From positions 49,289-102,606 of the forward strand of contig MEKU01000056.1 in assembly GCA_001767195.1 (NCBI GenBank): DNA of 53,318 nucleotides. Direction: 5' to 3'. Position 1 is the first letter of the stretch. The number at the start of each line of letters is the position of its first letter. The notes below the pieces were generated by a model, which was not told the DNA's origin, did no database searches, and saw only the letters and a program-made list of their open reading frames with translations. The position numbers and the translations under genes are program-made. Positions 18,077 to 27,288 of this stretch are shown in pieces. This DNA comes from Acidobacteria bacterium RIFCSPLOWO2_02_FULL_67_21 (GTDB lineage Bacteria; Acidobacteriota; Vicinamibacteria; Vicinamibacterales; UBA2999).

Positions 18077-18763
18077 ATGCGGAACAGTTGGTTGCCAGCA
18101 GTAATCATCGCGCTCGCCGTGGCGGTCGTCCCCGCCTGCGCCACCAAAGGCTTCGTCCGTGAGGAAGTCGGCGGGGTCAACACGAAGGTGGACACGCTCG
18201 GCGGCACCGTCGAGCAGACTCAGCAGCGGCTCGGTACGGCGGAAGGCCGCATCGGCAGCGTGGATCAGAAGGCCGAAGCCGCCGGCAAGGCGGCTTCTGA
18301 CGCGCGCGCCGCCGCGACGACGGCGCAGGGCGCCGCCGACAAGGCGCAGGCAGCCGCCGGCGCAGTCGGCGGCCGCGTGGATGCCGTCGAGGCCGCATCG
18401 CGCCGGCTGATCTATGAGGTGACGATCAGCGAGGACCAGGGGAACTTCAAGTTCGGCGCCGCCGAGCTGCCCGACGAGGCGCGCGCGGCCCTCGATCAGC
18501 TGGTCAGCAAGCTGAAGGCGGAGCCGGCGACCATCTACCTGGAAATCGAGGGGCACACCGATAACGTCGGACCCACCGAGATGAACGAGCGGCTCGGGCT
18601 CGAGCGCGCCGAAGCGGTCAAGCGGTATCTGTACGAGCAGCACCAGATCCCGCTGCACAAGATGAACGTGATCAGCTTCGGCGAGGACAAGCCGGTCTCG
18701 CCGAACAACACCCGTGACGGACGCGCGCAGAATCGGCGCGTCGTCGTAAAGGTCCTCTCCTAG
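18077..18763 (+). CDS. OmpA-family lipoprotein with Ala-rich coiled-coil N-terminal region
   Basis: AAGGAG lies upstream and there is a lipobox-like VVPAC. The C-terminal OmpA-like domain reads IEGHTDNVGP…NERLGLERAEAV…NRRVVVKV. Confidence 0.85.
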   Translation: MRNSWLPAVIIALAVAVVPACATKGFVREEVGGVNTKVDTLGGTVEQTQQRLGTAEGRIGSVDQKAEAAGKAASDARAAATTAQGAADKAQAAAGAVGGRVDAVEAASRRLIYEVTISEDQGNFKFGAAELPDEARAALDQLVSKLKAEPATIYLEIEGHTDNVGPTEMNERLGLERAEAVKRYLYEQHQIPLHKMNVISFGEDKPVSPNNTRDGRAQNRRVVVKVLS

Positions 18764-18844
18764 AGAGGACCTCAACTCCCAACTCCCAATACCCAATTCC
18801 CAAGTCCTTGGGAGTTGGAAGTTGGGAGTTGGGAGTTGGGAGTT
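18750..18844. repeat. Stop-codon-centred 10-bp hairpin followed by a CTCCCAA-flavour periodic hairpin
   Basis: aggtcctctc-cta-gagaggacct (18750-18772) encloses the OmpA stop. Then ctcaactcccaactcccaatacccaattcccaag / ttgggagttggaagttgggagttgggagttgggagtt follows. It fills a convergent spacer. Confidence 0.85.
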
Positions 18845-19490
18845 ATCGTAGTCTCGCCAAGTCCAGCAGGACCCTTCCCAGTTCTTTCCCCGACTCTTCA
18901 ATCACGACCTCATAGCGGCCGCGGGTGTCGAGCCGCGCGCTGTCGAACGCGGCGAGGACGATGCCGCCGGTGAGGGGCTGACCGGCGGGCGGTAATTGCA
19001 GCGGGATCGGGTACGGTGTCGGAAACGGCCCGCTGGCGAGCCGTGGACCGAAGCGAGGAATCCGCTGCACGGCAGACGGCGCCGCCGGCGGCTCCGACAC
19101 GCCGGCGCGCGCCAGAGTGATCGCGTACGCCGGCACGCCGACGTACGTATTGAGCGGGTGAAACGTCAGCTCCAGGAACAGTTCGAGCCGGCCGCCATGC
19201 TCCGCCAGCGCGGCAATCGCCTCGACCTGGCGCATCCGCGCCAGGCCCAGACGCGCACGTTCCTCGGCGGCGAGCTCGAGCCTCCGGAACGGCGTGACCA
19301 GGTCGAGGGAGTCGACAGGCGGCCGGTTGACTTCGACCCGATACGGCGCATGAAAGCGCGCGCGCACCGACTCGATCGGCGACTGGCCGATCGCGATCGC
19401 CTCGTCGATGGCCTGCGGATTCAGAGCGGGATCGTACGCAGCTGCAGCGGAAACAACAAAGGCGGCAAGAATGGCGCCCCGCACCGGCAT
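18843..19490 (-). CDS. Hypothetical secreted protein
   Basis: 215 aa with a signal peptide (MPVRGAILAAFVVSAAAA). The composition is coding-like and I recognise no family. Confidence 0.6.
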   Translation of the reverse strand: MPVRGAILAAFVVSAAAAYDPALNPQAIDEAIAIGQSPIESVRARFHAPYRVEVNRPPVDSLDLVTPFRRLELAAEERARLGLARMRQVEAIAALAEHGGRLELFLELTFHPLNTYVGVPAYAITLARAGVSEPPAAPSAVQRIPRFGPRLASGPFPTPYPIPLQLPPAGQPLTGGIVLAAFDSARLDTRGRYEVVIEESGKELGRVLLDLARLR

Positions 19491-19525
19491 GGTATGGATC
19501 GTAGCAAAGCCAGCGCCCCAATACG

Positions 19526-19589
19526 GGCCACAGAGGCACAGAGTTACAGAGAAAGCTTCATTCCTCTGTGTCTCGGTGTCTCTGTGGCT
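19526..19589. repeat. Periodic-unit hairpin, CACAGAG flavour
   Basis: ggccacagaggcacagagttacagagaa, a loop, then ttcctctgtgtctcggtgtctctgtggc. It lies downstream of the CHRD gene stop. Confidence 0.85.
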
Positions 19590-19595
19590 CGTATC

Positions 19596-20141
19596 CTACT
19601 TGCTGGGTGCGCAGACGTTGATCAGATAGAAGGGATTGCCAAAGCGGTTGTCCTCGCCCTGCGGGCACAGGTTGATGCGAACCTCGCCGCCCGCGTTCGC
19701 GCCCGTGTGAAAGTTGAGATAGCAGTTCCCGCTCGAGCATGCCTCGAAGACGTCCGCCATCTTCAGAACGCCCTGTGCCGGCCGCAGCGTCAGATCGCGT
19801 TCCGTCCACGTCCACGACACCATGAAGTCGTCCGACGAGCGAAGCGGCAGCCCCGGAATGCCCATCAAGACGGGTCCGGCCGTGCCGGGTCCACCGACGT
19901 GGATATGGCCCGCGGTCAGGTCGACGATGTTGTGCACGCGCGCGGTGCAGGCGATTTCAACGGTCGTGCGGTTCAGGGTGCAGGTGGCCGTGGCCACGCC
20001 GGCGGTTGCGAGCGCAGGCGTCTCGAACGCGCCGGAACCGCTGCCGAACAACGTGAGCGTGCTGCTCTGGGCGTGGGCCGTCCGCGACGACGCAGCCACC
20101 GCCGCCGCCAGCACCAGCACGCCGAAGCCGATCCTCCTCAT
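19596..20141 (-). CDS. CHRD domain-containing secreted protein
   Basis: It has a signal peptide and the HIHVGGPGTAGPV motif characteristic of CHRD domains. AAGGAG precedes the ATG. Confidence 0.75.
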   Translation of the reverse strand: MRRIGFGVLVLAAAVAASSRTAHAQSSTLTLFGSGSGAFETPALATAGVATATCTLNRTTVEIACTARVHNIVDLTAGHIHVGGPGTAGPVLMGIPGLPLRSSDDFMVSWTWTERDLTLRPAQGVLKMADVFEACSSGNCYLNFHTGANAGGEVRINLCPQGEDNRFGNPFYLINVCAPSK

Positions 20142-20318
20142 GAGCGTCTCCTTGGGAATGAGTAAGAGTGAGTGAAGCCATCGGGTACAGGCAGGAACCA
20201 GACCACCCGGCGCCTCTGGCGAATCAATGAGATAGGAACGGGATGGGCTGCCGGCGCCTTACGGCCCCCGAAACCGTTTTCGTGAACCGCCACTCTCGCT
20301 TATGCTGAGGGCGGCAGC

Positions 20319-21059
20319 ATGGACCTGACCGATCGAGTGGCGCTCGTGACGGGTGGGAAGCGCATCGGCGCGGTCGTGGCGGCCGAGCTCGCGCGCCGCG
20401 GGACCGATATCGCACTCGTCTATCGCGCCTCGGCCACCGAAGCCCGCCAGACGGCGGAGGCCATCACGGCGCTCGGCCGGCGCGCGGTCGTCATGCAAGC
20501 CGATCTCGCAGATCCTGAGGCGTGCGAGCGGGTGGTCGTCGACACCGTCGACGATCTCGGGCGCGTCGATATCCTCATCAACATGGCGTCGCGGTACCAG
20601 CCGCGGCCGTTCGACGACCTGACCGTGGACGATTGGGACGAGCAGCTGGCGGTCGATCTCCGGGCCGCGTGGCTGTGCGCGCGGGCGGCCGTCCCCCACA
20701 TGTGCCGGGTGCGCGGCGGCCGGATCGTCAACATGGCAGACTGGACGGCCGCCAGCGGCCGGCCGCGCTATCTGGGGTACCTTCCGTACTACGTCGCCAA
20801 GGCGGGCGTGATCGCCCTCACACAGGCGCTCGCCCTCGAGCTCGCCTCCGATCAGATCCTGGTCAACGCCATCGCCCCCGGGCCGATCGTGGCTCCCGAA
20901 GGGACCGGCGACGAGGAGTTCGCCGGTGTCGAGCGCGCGACGCCGCTGGGGCGCTGGGGCGGCGAGATGGAGATTGCCAAGGCGGTGCTCGCCCTCGTCG
21001 AGAGCGACTTCATGACCGGAGAGACGATCCGGGTCGACGGCGGGCGGCACTTGAAATGA
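20319..21059 (+). CDS. SDR-family oxidoreductase
   Basis: 246 aa with an N-terminal Rossmann motif (VTGGKRIGAVVA) and a catalytic YxxxK (YYVAK). Confidence 0.85.
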   Translation: MDLTDRVALVTGGKRIGAVVAAELARRGTDIALVYRASATEARQTAEAITALGRRAVVMQADLADPEACERVVVDTVDDLGRVDILINMASRYQPRPFDDLTVDDWDEQLAVDLRAAWLCARAAVPHMCRVRGGRIVNMADWTAASGRPRYLGYLPYYVAKAGVIALTQALALELASDQILVNAIAPGPIVAPEGTGDEEFAGVERATPLGRWGGEMEIAKAVLALVESDFMTGETIRVDGGRHLK

Positions 21060-21064
21060 CACCG

Positions 21065-21085
21065 ACGTGGTGCCCGGCACTACGT
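21065..21085. repeat. Minimal REP-like palindrome (same family core)
   Basis: acgtggtgcc-c-ggcactacgt. A separate 7-bp hairpin aatgccg…cggcatt follows at 21098-21118. Confidence 0.6.
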
Positions 21086-21133
21086 GTGGAATTGGTAAAA
21101 TGCCGTAACATTCGGCATTCGCGGAGTGTTCAT

Positions 21134-22126
21134 ATGACTTCACGCATGGCGTTCGGCGTGGCGCTGCTCGCCCTGGCGGCACTCACGCCGCAGACCGGCC
21201 GGTCGCTTCTGGCACAGGAGGGGGCCATCGAACCGATGCACGTCCACCACGTGCATCTGAACTCGGTGGATCCGAAGGCAGCGGCGGCGTACTACCCCAG
21301 GGCGTTCCCCGTGTCGGCATCGGCGACAACGTTCAACGGGTTCGAGGCGGTGAAGACGGGAAACCTGTATCTCCTGTTCACGCCGGTCAAGGCGCCGCCG
21401 CTCACGGAACTGACCGGCCCGCAGACGTCGGTCTGGCATTTCGGCTGGAACACGCCTGACTCGCGCAAGTACAACGATCGGTTCCGCGCGATGGGCCTGG
21501 AGATCGCGCAGATGTGGGACGCCGCCGACGGCGTGCTGGTCGACCTGTCGAGCGACACGCTGCCGGGCTTTCCGACGCAGGAGCAGATCCTGGAGTTGAG
21601 GGCCAAGGGCGTCACGCCGACGCGGCAGGGCGGCTTCGGGTACCTGCGCGGCCCTGACGGCGCGATGGTCGAGAATGCGCAGGCCGGACAGGTCGAGCGC
21701 TTCAATCACATCCACATGTACCACGAGCATCCGCGGTGCGCGATGCAGTGGTACGCGCGGCACCTCGGCGCCCGGCTGCCGCAGGGCGCCGGCGACGGTT
21801 CAGGCGAGTGCCGCCAGCCGTACGCGCCGCCGACGTGGCCGTCGTTCTTCCGGTTCCCGGGATTCGTCCGCGACCCGTCGGGCGGCGTGTTCTTCGACGA
21901 CATCTCCATTTCCATCCGCCCGTGGCCCGGCGGCGGCCTCGTGAGCACCCGCGGCACCCTCGTCGACCACTGGGCGCTCAGCGTTGCCGACCTTGGCCGC
22001 ACGGTGACGCGCCTGAAAGGCGAGGGCATCACATTTCTGGAAGACATCCATCCGTGGGGCACCACCCGCGCGGCCATGATTCAGGGGCCAGACCGGATCG
22101 CAATCGAGCTCGTGGAAGTGAAATGA
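21134..22126 (+). CDS. VOC (glyoxalase/dioxygenase) family protein, secreted, two-domain
   Basis: Trimmed from track ORF 20522..22126 to the ATG at 21134, which has GGAG at 21123-21126. It has a signal peptide and repeated HHVHL / FNHIHMY / DHWALSV beta-alpha-beta-beta-beta-like modules. Confidence 0.6.
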   Translation: MTSRMAFGVALLALAALTPQTGRSLLAQEGAIEPMHVHHVHLNSVDPKAAAAYYPRAFPVSASATTFNGFEAVKTGNLYLLFTPVKAPPLTELTGPQTSVWHFGWNTPDSRKYNDRFRAMGLEIAQMWDAADGVLVDLSSDTLPGFPTQEQILELRAKGVTPTRQGGFGYLRGPDGAMVENAQAGQVERFNHIHMYHEHPRCAMQWYARHLGARLPQGAGDGSGECRQPYAPPTWPSFFRFPGFVRDPSGGVFFDDISISIRPWPGGGLVSTRGTLVDHWALSVADLGRTVTRLKGEGITFLEDIHPWGTTRAAMIQGPDRIAIELVEVK

Positions 22127-22137
22127 AGGAGGTTGGC

Positions 22138-22791
22138 ATGCGAAGACGCATTCTGCAGGTTCTGGCCGCCGTGTGCGCCGCGTGGCCCGTCGTGGGCATG
22201 GCACAGGCACGCACGGACGCCATCTACATCACGGACGAGGACGTGAAGGCCGTCCTCAAGTACGCGGCCGACATGAAACGCACGATTCCCGACAACTCGA
22301 TCCGCGTCCTCGACATGGGCGCGTACCAGTTGTCGGTCGGGATCGTGCATCGCGGCGCCACCGGCGCTCCGGCGGCTCCGGCGGCGGCCGGCGCCAACCC
22401 TCCCGCTGCGCCGGCCAATCCGCAGCCGCCATGCGGTGAGCCGCGGACGGGCGCGAAAGGGCCCAACGGGATCGCGCACGACGACACCGCCGAGACCTAC
22501 ATCGTGACGTCGGGACGCGGCACGCTCATCACCGGAGGAACGATTGTCAACGGACGACGGTCGGCGGCCGCGAGCGAAGTGACGACGATTCTGAACGGGC
22601 CGTCGTGCAGCGGGACGATGGTTGGATACACGAGCCGCGAGATCAAGGTGGGCGACATCATCGTGATTCCGGAACGGGTGCCGCACGGGTTCACGTCGAT
22701 CCCGGACCACATCACCTACCTCAGCGTGCGGCCCGACGTGAAAAAGGTGCTGCAGAGCGGCTACGTCAATCCTGCGCTCACGAAACGCTGA
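22138..22791 (+). CDS. Cupin-like secreted protein
   Basis: Trimmed to the ATG at 22138, which has AGGAGG at 22127-22132. It has a signal peptide. The C-terminal segment ETYIVTSGRGTL…GDIIVIPERVPHGF resembles a cupin barrel. Confidence 0.6.
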   Translation: MRRRILQVLAAVCAAWPVVGMAQARTDAIYITDEDVKAVLKYAADMKRTIPDNSIRVLDMGAYQLSVGIVHRGATGAPAAPAAAGANPPAAPANPQPPCGEPRTGAKGPNGIAHDDTAETYIVTSGRGTLITGGTIVNGRRSAAASEVTTILNGPSCSGTMVGYTSREIKVGDIIVIPERVPHGFTSIPDHITYLSVRPDVKKVLQSGYVNPALTKR

Positions 22792-22807
22792 GGCATTTCA
22801 CATTCAC

Positions 22808-22876
22808 GAGCCACAGAGACACAGAGCCACAGAGGTCTTGAGCCAGTTTTTATCTGTGTCTCTGTGGCTCTGTGGC
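22808..22876. repeat. Periodic-unit hairpin, CACAGAG flavour
   Basis: gagccacagagacacagagccacagagg, an 18-nt loop, then ctgtgtctctgtggctctgtggc. It lies in the convergent cupin/MetF-like spacer. Confidence 0.85.
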
Positions 22877-22881
22877 CCGTT

Positions 22882-23697
22882 TCACGCCGGGGCGGCGACG
22901 CGCTCGAGAATGGCCTGCAGCGTCGTCGGGGCGCGAAGCAGCGGCAGGTTGCTGATGTAGAAGTGCCTGACGCCGAGATCCATCATGGCGCGCAGTGTCC
23001 GGGCGCAGATGTCGATGGGGGTCGTGCCGCGCGCGAACTCGGCGGCCAGCGCCTCCACCGGCACCGGCAGAAACCGGCTGAGCGCGCTGAGGGTGCCGGG
23101 GTTGGCGCTCCGGTAGAAGAAGACGCCGAACACGCCCGGAATGTGCTCGAGCCCGCGCCGCTGCACTTCTTCCAGGAAGCGGCCGACCGGCGCCTGATCC
23201 AGATGGCTGACGATCTGCGTCAGGTAGAACTCAGCCGTGAATTGCTCGTCCGCCATGTACTCGACCTGCCGGCGCGGATCGCCGTACGGGTTCGCCCAGC
23301 CGCCGAGGGCGAGACGCGGCTCCCGTGCGCGAATCATCCGGCGCAGCTCCCAGGCGTGCTCCACGCACCGCGGCCGTCCGATGCTCCGGTCGCCGCCCAG
23401 CACGACGAGGGCTGGAAAGCCGTGCTGCCAGGCCTGCTCCGCGTAGCTCATACAGAACTCGAGCGAATGCTTCGTCGTGAGAAACGGGACGACGCGATCG
23501 CGGCGCACATCGCGCCCGAGATTGGTGACCAGGTGGCGGAGGTTGTTCTCTTCCTGCGTCCCGACGGCGCTGTCGGTGAGGAAGACGGCCATGTCCTGGC
23601 GCGTCAGCGTCCGGACCGAATGGTACGTGTCGATCCAGGCGTCCATGCCCGCCACCGAGTCGAGCTCGGCGCGCGGCGGACGAAGCTCCGCGGCCAT
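22882..23697 (-). CDS. Methylenetetrahydrofolate reductase-like protein (MetF family)
   Basis: Trimmed from the 508-aa run-on ORF to the ATG at 23697, giving 271 aa. The segments VVLGGD, FYLTQIV, IPGVFGV and GVRHFYISNL line up with conserved MetF blocks as I remember them. Confidence 0.6.
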   Translation of the reverse strand: MAAELRPPRAELDSVAGMDAWIDTYHSVRTLTRQDMAVFLTDSAVGTQEENNLRHLVTNLGRDVRRDRVVPFLTTKHSLEFCMSYAEQAWQHGFPALVVLGGDRSIGRPRCVEHAWELRRMIRAREPRLALGGWANPYGDPRRQVEYMADEQFTAEFYLTQIVSHLDQAPVGRFLEEVQRRGLEHIPGVFGVFFYRSANPGTLSALSRFLPVPVEALAAEFARGTTPIDICARTLRAMMDLGVRHFYISNLPLLRAPTTLQAILERVAAPA

Positions 23698-23741
23698 GAC
23701 ACCGGTTCCGGCGCGCAGCCCGGAGAGGAACGATCCGTCCT

Positions 23742-26000
23742 TCACCTGGTGGCGCCCGGCCGCGGGGTCTGGGTGCCCGGCCCGGGCGCGGCGGCTCCCG
23801 CGTTGCGCATCACGAAGTCGAACATCGTCTGGCGCAGGTGCTTGTTGAGCCTGGGGTCGGTGACGCCGTGGCGGGACCGCGGGTAGATCATGACCTCGAA
23901 TGTCTTGCCGGCACGCTGCAGCTCGTAGGCGAACTGCTCCGAGTTCTGCCGGTGGACGTTGTCGTCGATGCTGCCGTGGATGAGCAGCATGCGGCCGTGC
24001 AGGTCGGCGGCGGCAAACCGCGGCGCCGTCCTCCGGTATCCGTCGGGATTGTTCTGCGGCGTCTTCATGTACCGCTCGGTGTAGACCGTGTCGTAGTTGC
24101 GCCAGTCGGTCACCGGGGCGCCGACGATGCCGGCGGACCAGCTGGTGCTGTGGGTGAGTGCGTAGGCGGTCATGAAGCCGCCGTAGCTCCACCCGTGCAG
24201 GACGATGCGCGACGGGTCCACGTACGGCTGCTGCTTCAGCCAGGCGAGGCCGTCTTCCAGATCCTGCAGCTCCAGCTCGCCCAGCCTGCCGTATACGGGC
24301 CACTGGGACTCGACGCCTTTGCCGCCCGCGCTGCGGTTGTCGAGCACCCACACGATCACCCCGTGCTGGGCGAGCAGCTGGTGATACATGAACGTCGATC
24401 CGCCCCACTGGTTGCGGACCGACGAGGTCCCCGGCCCTGCGTACGTGAACTGATACACGGGATAGCGCCGCGAGGCATCGAAGTCGGGCGGCTTGATCAT
24501 CATCGCGTCCATGACGAAGCCGTCCCGCGTCCGCACTTCGAGGAACTCGGGAGCCGACAGGCGATATTCGGCCAGCGCAGGCACCGGATTGGCGTCGATC
24601 GCACGAATCTCAGCGCCGTCGCTCCCATGGAGCCGGACCTGCGTCGGGGTGTTCACATCGTTCCAGATGCCGATGTAACGGGTGAACGTGGCATTGAAGA
24701 TCGCGCGGTTGGTGCCCGCGGCCGTAGAGAGGCGCGTCATGTCGCGGCCGTCCAGCCCGACACGGTAGATATCGGTGTCGATGTGCCGCCGGGCGCCGGC
24801 ATCGAAGTAAATGACGGCGCGGGCCCGGTCAACGCCGTACAAAGACCGCACGTCCCAGCGCCCCTCGGTCACGCGCCGGATGAGCGTGCCGTCCTGCCGG
24901 TAGTGGTACAGGTGCTTGAAGCCGCTCCGTTCGCTGAACCAGAGAAACGATCCGTCCTCGAGCCATACCGGGCTCCCGTTCACGTTGACCCAGGCAGGCG
25001 TCGTCTCGCGCAGCACGCGCCGCGACGCGCCGGTTGCCGGGTCGGCCAGGTTCAGGTCCAGCCACCGCTGCTCGCGATCCTGTACCTGAAACGCGACGTG
25101 CGTCCCATCCCTCGTCCAGTCGACGTCGACGATGAGCAGCTCCGTGTCCGCATACTCCGCCAGCGGCACCCACCGCACCGTGCCGCCGGCGGCCGGCACG
25201 ACGCCCAGCCTGACGAGCGGGTTGGGATCGCCGGCTTTCGGATAGTCGGTGACCTCCACGGTCGGCCGGTACGAGATGTCGTCGACGACCGTGTACTCCG
25301 GGACCGGACGTTCGTCGAGCTGCAGGAAGGCGAGGCGCGCCGAGTCGGGGCTCCACCAGTAGCCGCGAAACTGTCCGCGCCCGTAGATCTCCTCCTGGTA
25401 GAGCCAGTCCAGCTTGCCGTTGAGCAGCTGCGCCCCGCCGTCGGTCGTCAGCGCCTGCTCGAGGCCGGTGGCAATGTCGACGACGTGGAGGTTATTGCCG
25501 CGAACAAACGCGACGCGCCGGCCGTCCGGGCTGAACGTCGGCTCTTCCTCATCCCCCGCCGTCGAGGTCAGCCGGGTCACTGCTGCCGATGCGAAGTCGT
25601 GGAAATAAAGGTCGCCCTCCAGCTCGACGAGAACACCGGTCCTGGCGGGGTTCAACAGAAGACTGCTGGTGCGCGCCACCCGCGCGGCTTCCTCCCGCGA
25701 CACTCCGGCGCGCTCGGTGAGCGCCGCTTCCATCCTCGCCGGGTCGAAGAGCGGCGACGTCCGGCCGGAGACCGCGTCGACGCGCAGCCAGTCCACCCCG
25801 GCTCCCGAGGAGCGCCGGATCTCCAGATAGGAATCGGCATCGATCCAGCGCAGATTGGCCGGCGGCGTTCCGGAGAACTCCACGCGCTGATCGGGGTCGT
25901 AGATGGCGTCGATCGAGAGCGTCCTCCGCGTCTGCGCGGACACCGCTGCCGTCAGGATCAGGCACAGGCCGGCGGTCGTGCGGAGCGCGGCAAGGCGCAT
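23742..26000 (-). CDS. S9-family serine peptidase, dipeptidyl-peptidase IV-like
   Basis: 752 aa with a signal peptide and a long beta-propeller-like N-terminal region. The nucleophile elbow is GWSYGG, and the downstream Asp and His are in GSIDDNVH and SRHG. Confidence 0.85.
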   Translation of the reverse strand: MRLAALRTTAGLCLILTAAVSAQTRRTLSIDAIYDPDQRVEFSGTPPANLRWIDADSYLEIRRSSGAGVDWLRVDAVSGRTSPLFDPARMEAALTERAGVSREEAARVARTSSLLLNPARTGVLVELEGDLYFHDFASAAVTRLTSTAGDEEEPTFSPDGRRVAFVRGNNLHVVDIATGLEQALTTDGGAQLLNGKLDWLYQEEIYGRGQFRGYWWSPDSARLAFLQLDERPVPEYTVVDDISYRPTVEVTDYPKAGDPNPLVRLGVVPAAGGTVRWVPLAEYADTELLIVDVDWTRDGTHVAFQVQDREQRWLDLNLADPATGASRRVLRETTPAWVNVNGSPVWLEDGSFLWFSERSGFKHLYHYRQDGTLIRRVTEGRWDVRSLYGVDRARAVIYFDAGARRHIDTDIYRVGLDGRDMTRLSTAAGTNRAIFNATFTRYIGIWNDVNTPTQVRLHGSDGAEIRAIDANPVPALAEYRLSAPEFLEVRTRDGFVMDAMMIKPPDFDASRRYPVYQFTYAGPGTSSVRNQWGGSTFMYHQLLAQHGVIVWVLDNRSAGGKGVESQWPVYGRLGELELQDLEDGLAWLKQQPYVDPSRIVLHGWSYGGFMTAYALTHSTSWSAGIVGAPVTDWRNYDTVYTERYMKTPQNNPDGYRRTAPRFAAADLHGRMLLIHGSIDDNVHRQNSEQFAYELQRAGKTFEVMIYPRSRHGVTDPRLNKHLRQTMFDFVMRNAGAAAPGPGTQTPRPGATR

Positions 26001-26010
26001 AAAACACAGG

Positions 26011-26048
26011 ATATCAGGCCCCAGGGCTCAGACCCCAGGGCGCAGACC
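26011..26048. repeat. Left arm of a split periodic hairpin (CAGGGCT flavour)
   Basis: atat-caggccc-cagggct-cagaccc-cagggcg-cagacc, starting 11 nt outside the DPP4-like start codon. Its partner is at 28797-28814. Confidence 0.55.
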
Positions 26049-26168
26049 TCCGTGCCGCTGTCCATGGAGCCGGACTTGTCGGCGAGGCACGATGCCGACC
26101 GGCCTATTTTTGCGCGCCTTCCAGCCAGATCCGGCGCAAGTAGCGTGCACACTGCACGTTGATGGCAA

Positions 26169-26197
26169 TTGAATCGGCTCAGGCGTCGGAATAGACT
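26169..26197 (+). promoter_or_regulatory. Candidate sigma70-like promoter upstream of the methyltransferase
   Basis: TTGAAT (26169-26174), a 17-nt spacer, then TAGACT (26192-26197), 86 nt upstream of the ATG at 26284. This is pattern match only, and acidobacterial promoters may differ. Confidence 0.3.
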
Positions 26198-26283
26198 GCG
26201 ACCGCCTGCAGGCGCATTGGATTATCGAGTTCGGTCGACTGCTGGTTGGGCGTCATGAAGCAGTATCGCTTGCGGAGGAAGGG

Positions 26284-27288
26284 ATGAAAGAACCAGCATC
26301 GCGAGCACCACGAAACAGGACGCTGGCAATCTCTGAGCATGATGCCGAACGCCTGCGTAGGCGACTGCTTGTCGTCGATCAGCCCTTGGCTCTATCGGAG
26401 TGCGCTGGGCGAACCATCCTCGGCGACTCCTTGTTGGTCCTGCCCCTATTGCCCAAGCAATCTGTGGATTTGCTGATCGTTGACCCGCCATACAATCTAA
26501 CCAAGGCCTTCAGCGGCTCTACATTCAAGAAACAGCCCCTCGCGGCATACGAAGAGTGGCTCCATTCCTGGCTCGCGCTGGCAGTCGGACTCTTGAAGCC
26601 TTCCGCCTCAGTGTACGTGTGCAGCGAATGGCGATCCTCGGGAGTCGTCCAACGTGCTCTTGAACGGTACTTTCTTGTTCAGAACCGGATCACGTGGGAA
26701 CGCGAGAAGGGTCGTGGTGCTTTACGAAACTGGAAGAACTGCTCCGAGGACATTTGGTTTTGTGTTCTTAGCGACCAATACTTCTTTGACGTAGAGGCCG
26801 TGAAGCAGAAGCGCCGTGTGATTGCGCCCTATCGTGACGCAGACGGAAAGCCGAAGGACTGGAACGAGGAAGCCAACGGCGGTTTCCGACTGACCCACCC
26901 TTCAAATCTCTGGACTGATATCTCGGTTCCCTTCTGGTCGATGCCAGAAAACACGGAGCACCCGACTCAGAAACCAGAGAAATTGTTCGCCAAGCTGGTG
27001 CTCGCTAGCTCCAAACCCGGAGACTGCGTGCTCGATCCCTTCTTGGGTTCCGGCACCACGTCAGTCGTAGCAAAGAAACTCGGGCGACAATTCATCGGGA
27101 TTGAGCAAGAGGAGATCTACTGCCTGTGTGCTGAGAAGCGATTGGAGTTAGCTCATAACGAGCCGTCGATTCAGGGCTACTCCGGTGGCTACTTCTGGGA
27201 GCGCAATTCCCTCGCGTTCCAGGACACGAACAACACAACGCCGAGTTCCAACGCAACCGGTCAGTCTTTCCTGTTCGAGGACAACTGA
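26284..27288 (+). CDS. Beta-class DNA methyltransferase (N6-adenine or N4-cytosine) of a type II R-M system
   Basis: Motif IV (LLIVDPPYNL) lies N-terminal to motif I (VLDPFLGSGTT). That IV-before-I order defines the beta class. GGAGGAAGGG lies immediately upstream of the ATG. GC is about 52 % versus about 70 % in the flanks. Confidence 0.9.
   Translation: MKEPASRAPRNRTLAISEHDAERLRRRLLVVDQPLALSECAGRTILGDSLLVLPLLPKQSVDLLIVDPPYNLTKAFSGSTFKKQPLAAYEEWLHSWLALAVGLLKPSASVYVCSEWRSSGVVQRALERYFLVQNRITWEREKGRGALRNWKNCSEDIWFCVLSDQYFFDVEAVKQKRRVIAPYRDADGKPKDWNEEANGGFRLTHPSNLWTDISVPFWSMPENTEHPTQKPEKLFAKLVLASSKPGDCVLDPFLGSGTTSVVAKKLGRQFIGIEQEEIYCLCAEKRLELAHNEPSIQGYSGGYFWERNSLAFQDTNNTTPSSNATGQSFLFEDN

Noticed and set aside
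20522-22126. 534-aa ORF suggesting one long protein
   Set aside because: Its first 204 codons overlap the SDR gene in another frame and translate to Arg/Gly-rich nonsense. A signal peptide with an SD begins at 21134, so I trimmed it to 21134..22126.
22882-24408. 508-aa minus ORF
   Set aside because: This is a run-on frame. The upstream 237 codons overlap the DPP4-like gene out of frame. The MetF-like sequence begins at the ATG at 23697, 45 nt after the DPP4-like stop.
23838-26162. 774-aa plus-strand ORF opposite the DPP4-like peptidase
   Set aside because: It is antisense to a gene with a clear S9 catalytic triad context and shows shadow-ORF composition.
26222-26491. 89-aa minus ORF overlapping the methyltransferase start
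   Set aside because: It is antisense to a well-supported gene with a strong SD. It shows no features of a real protein.
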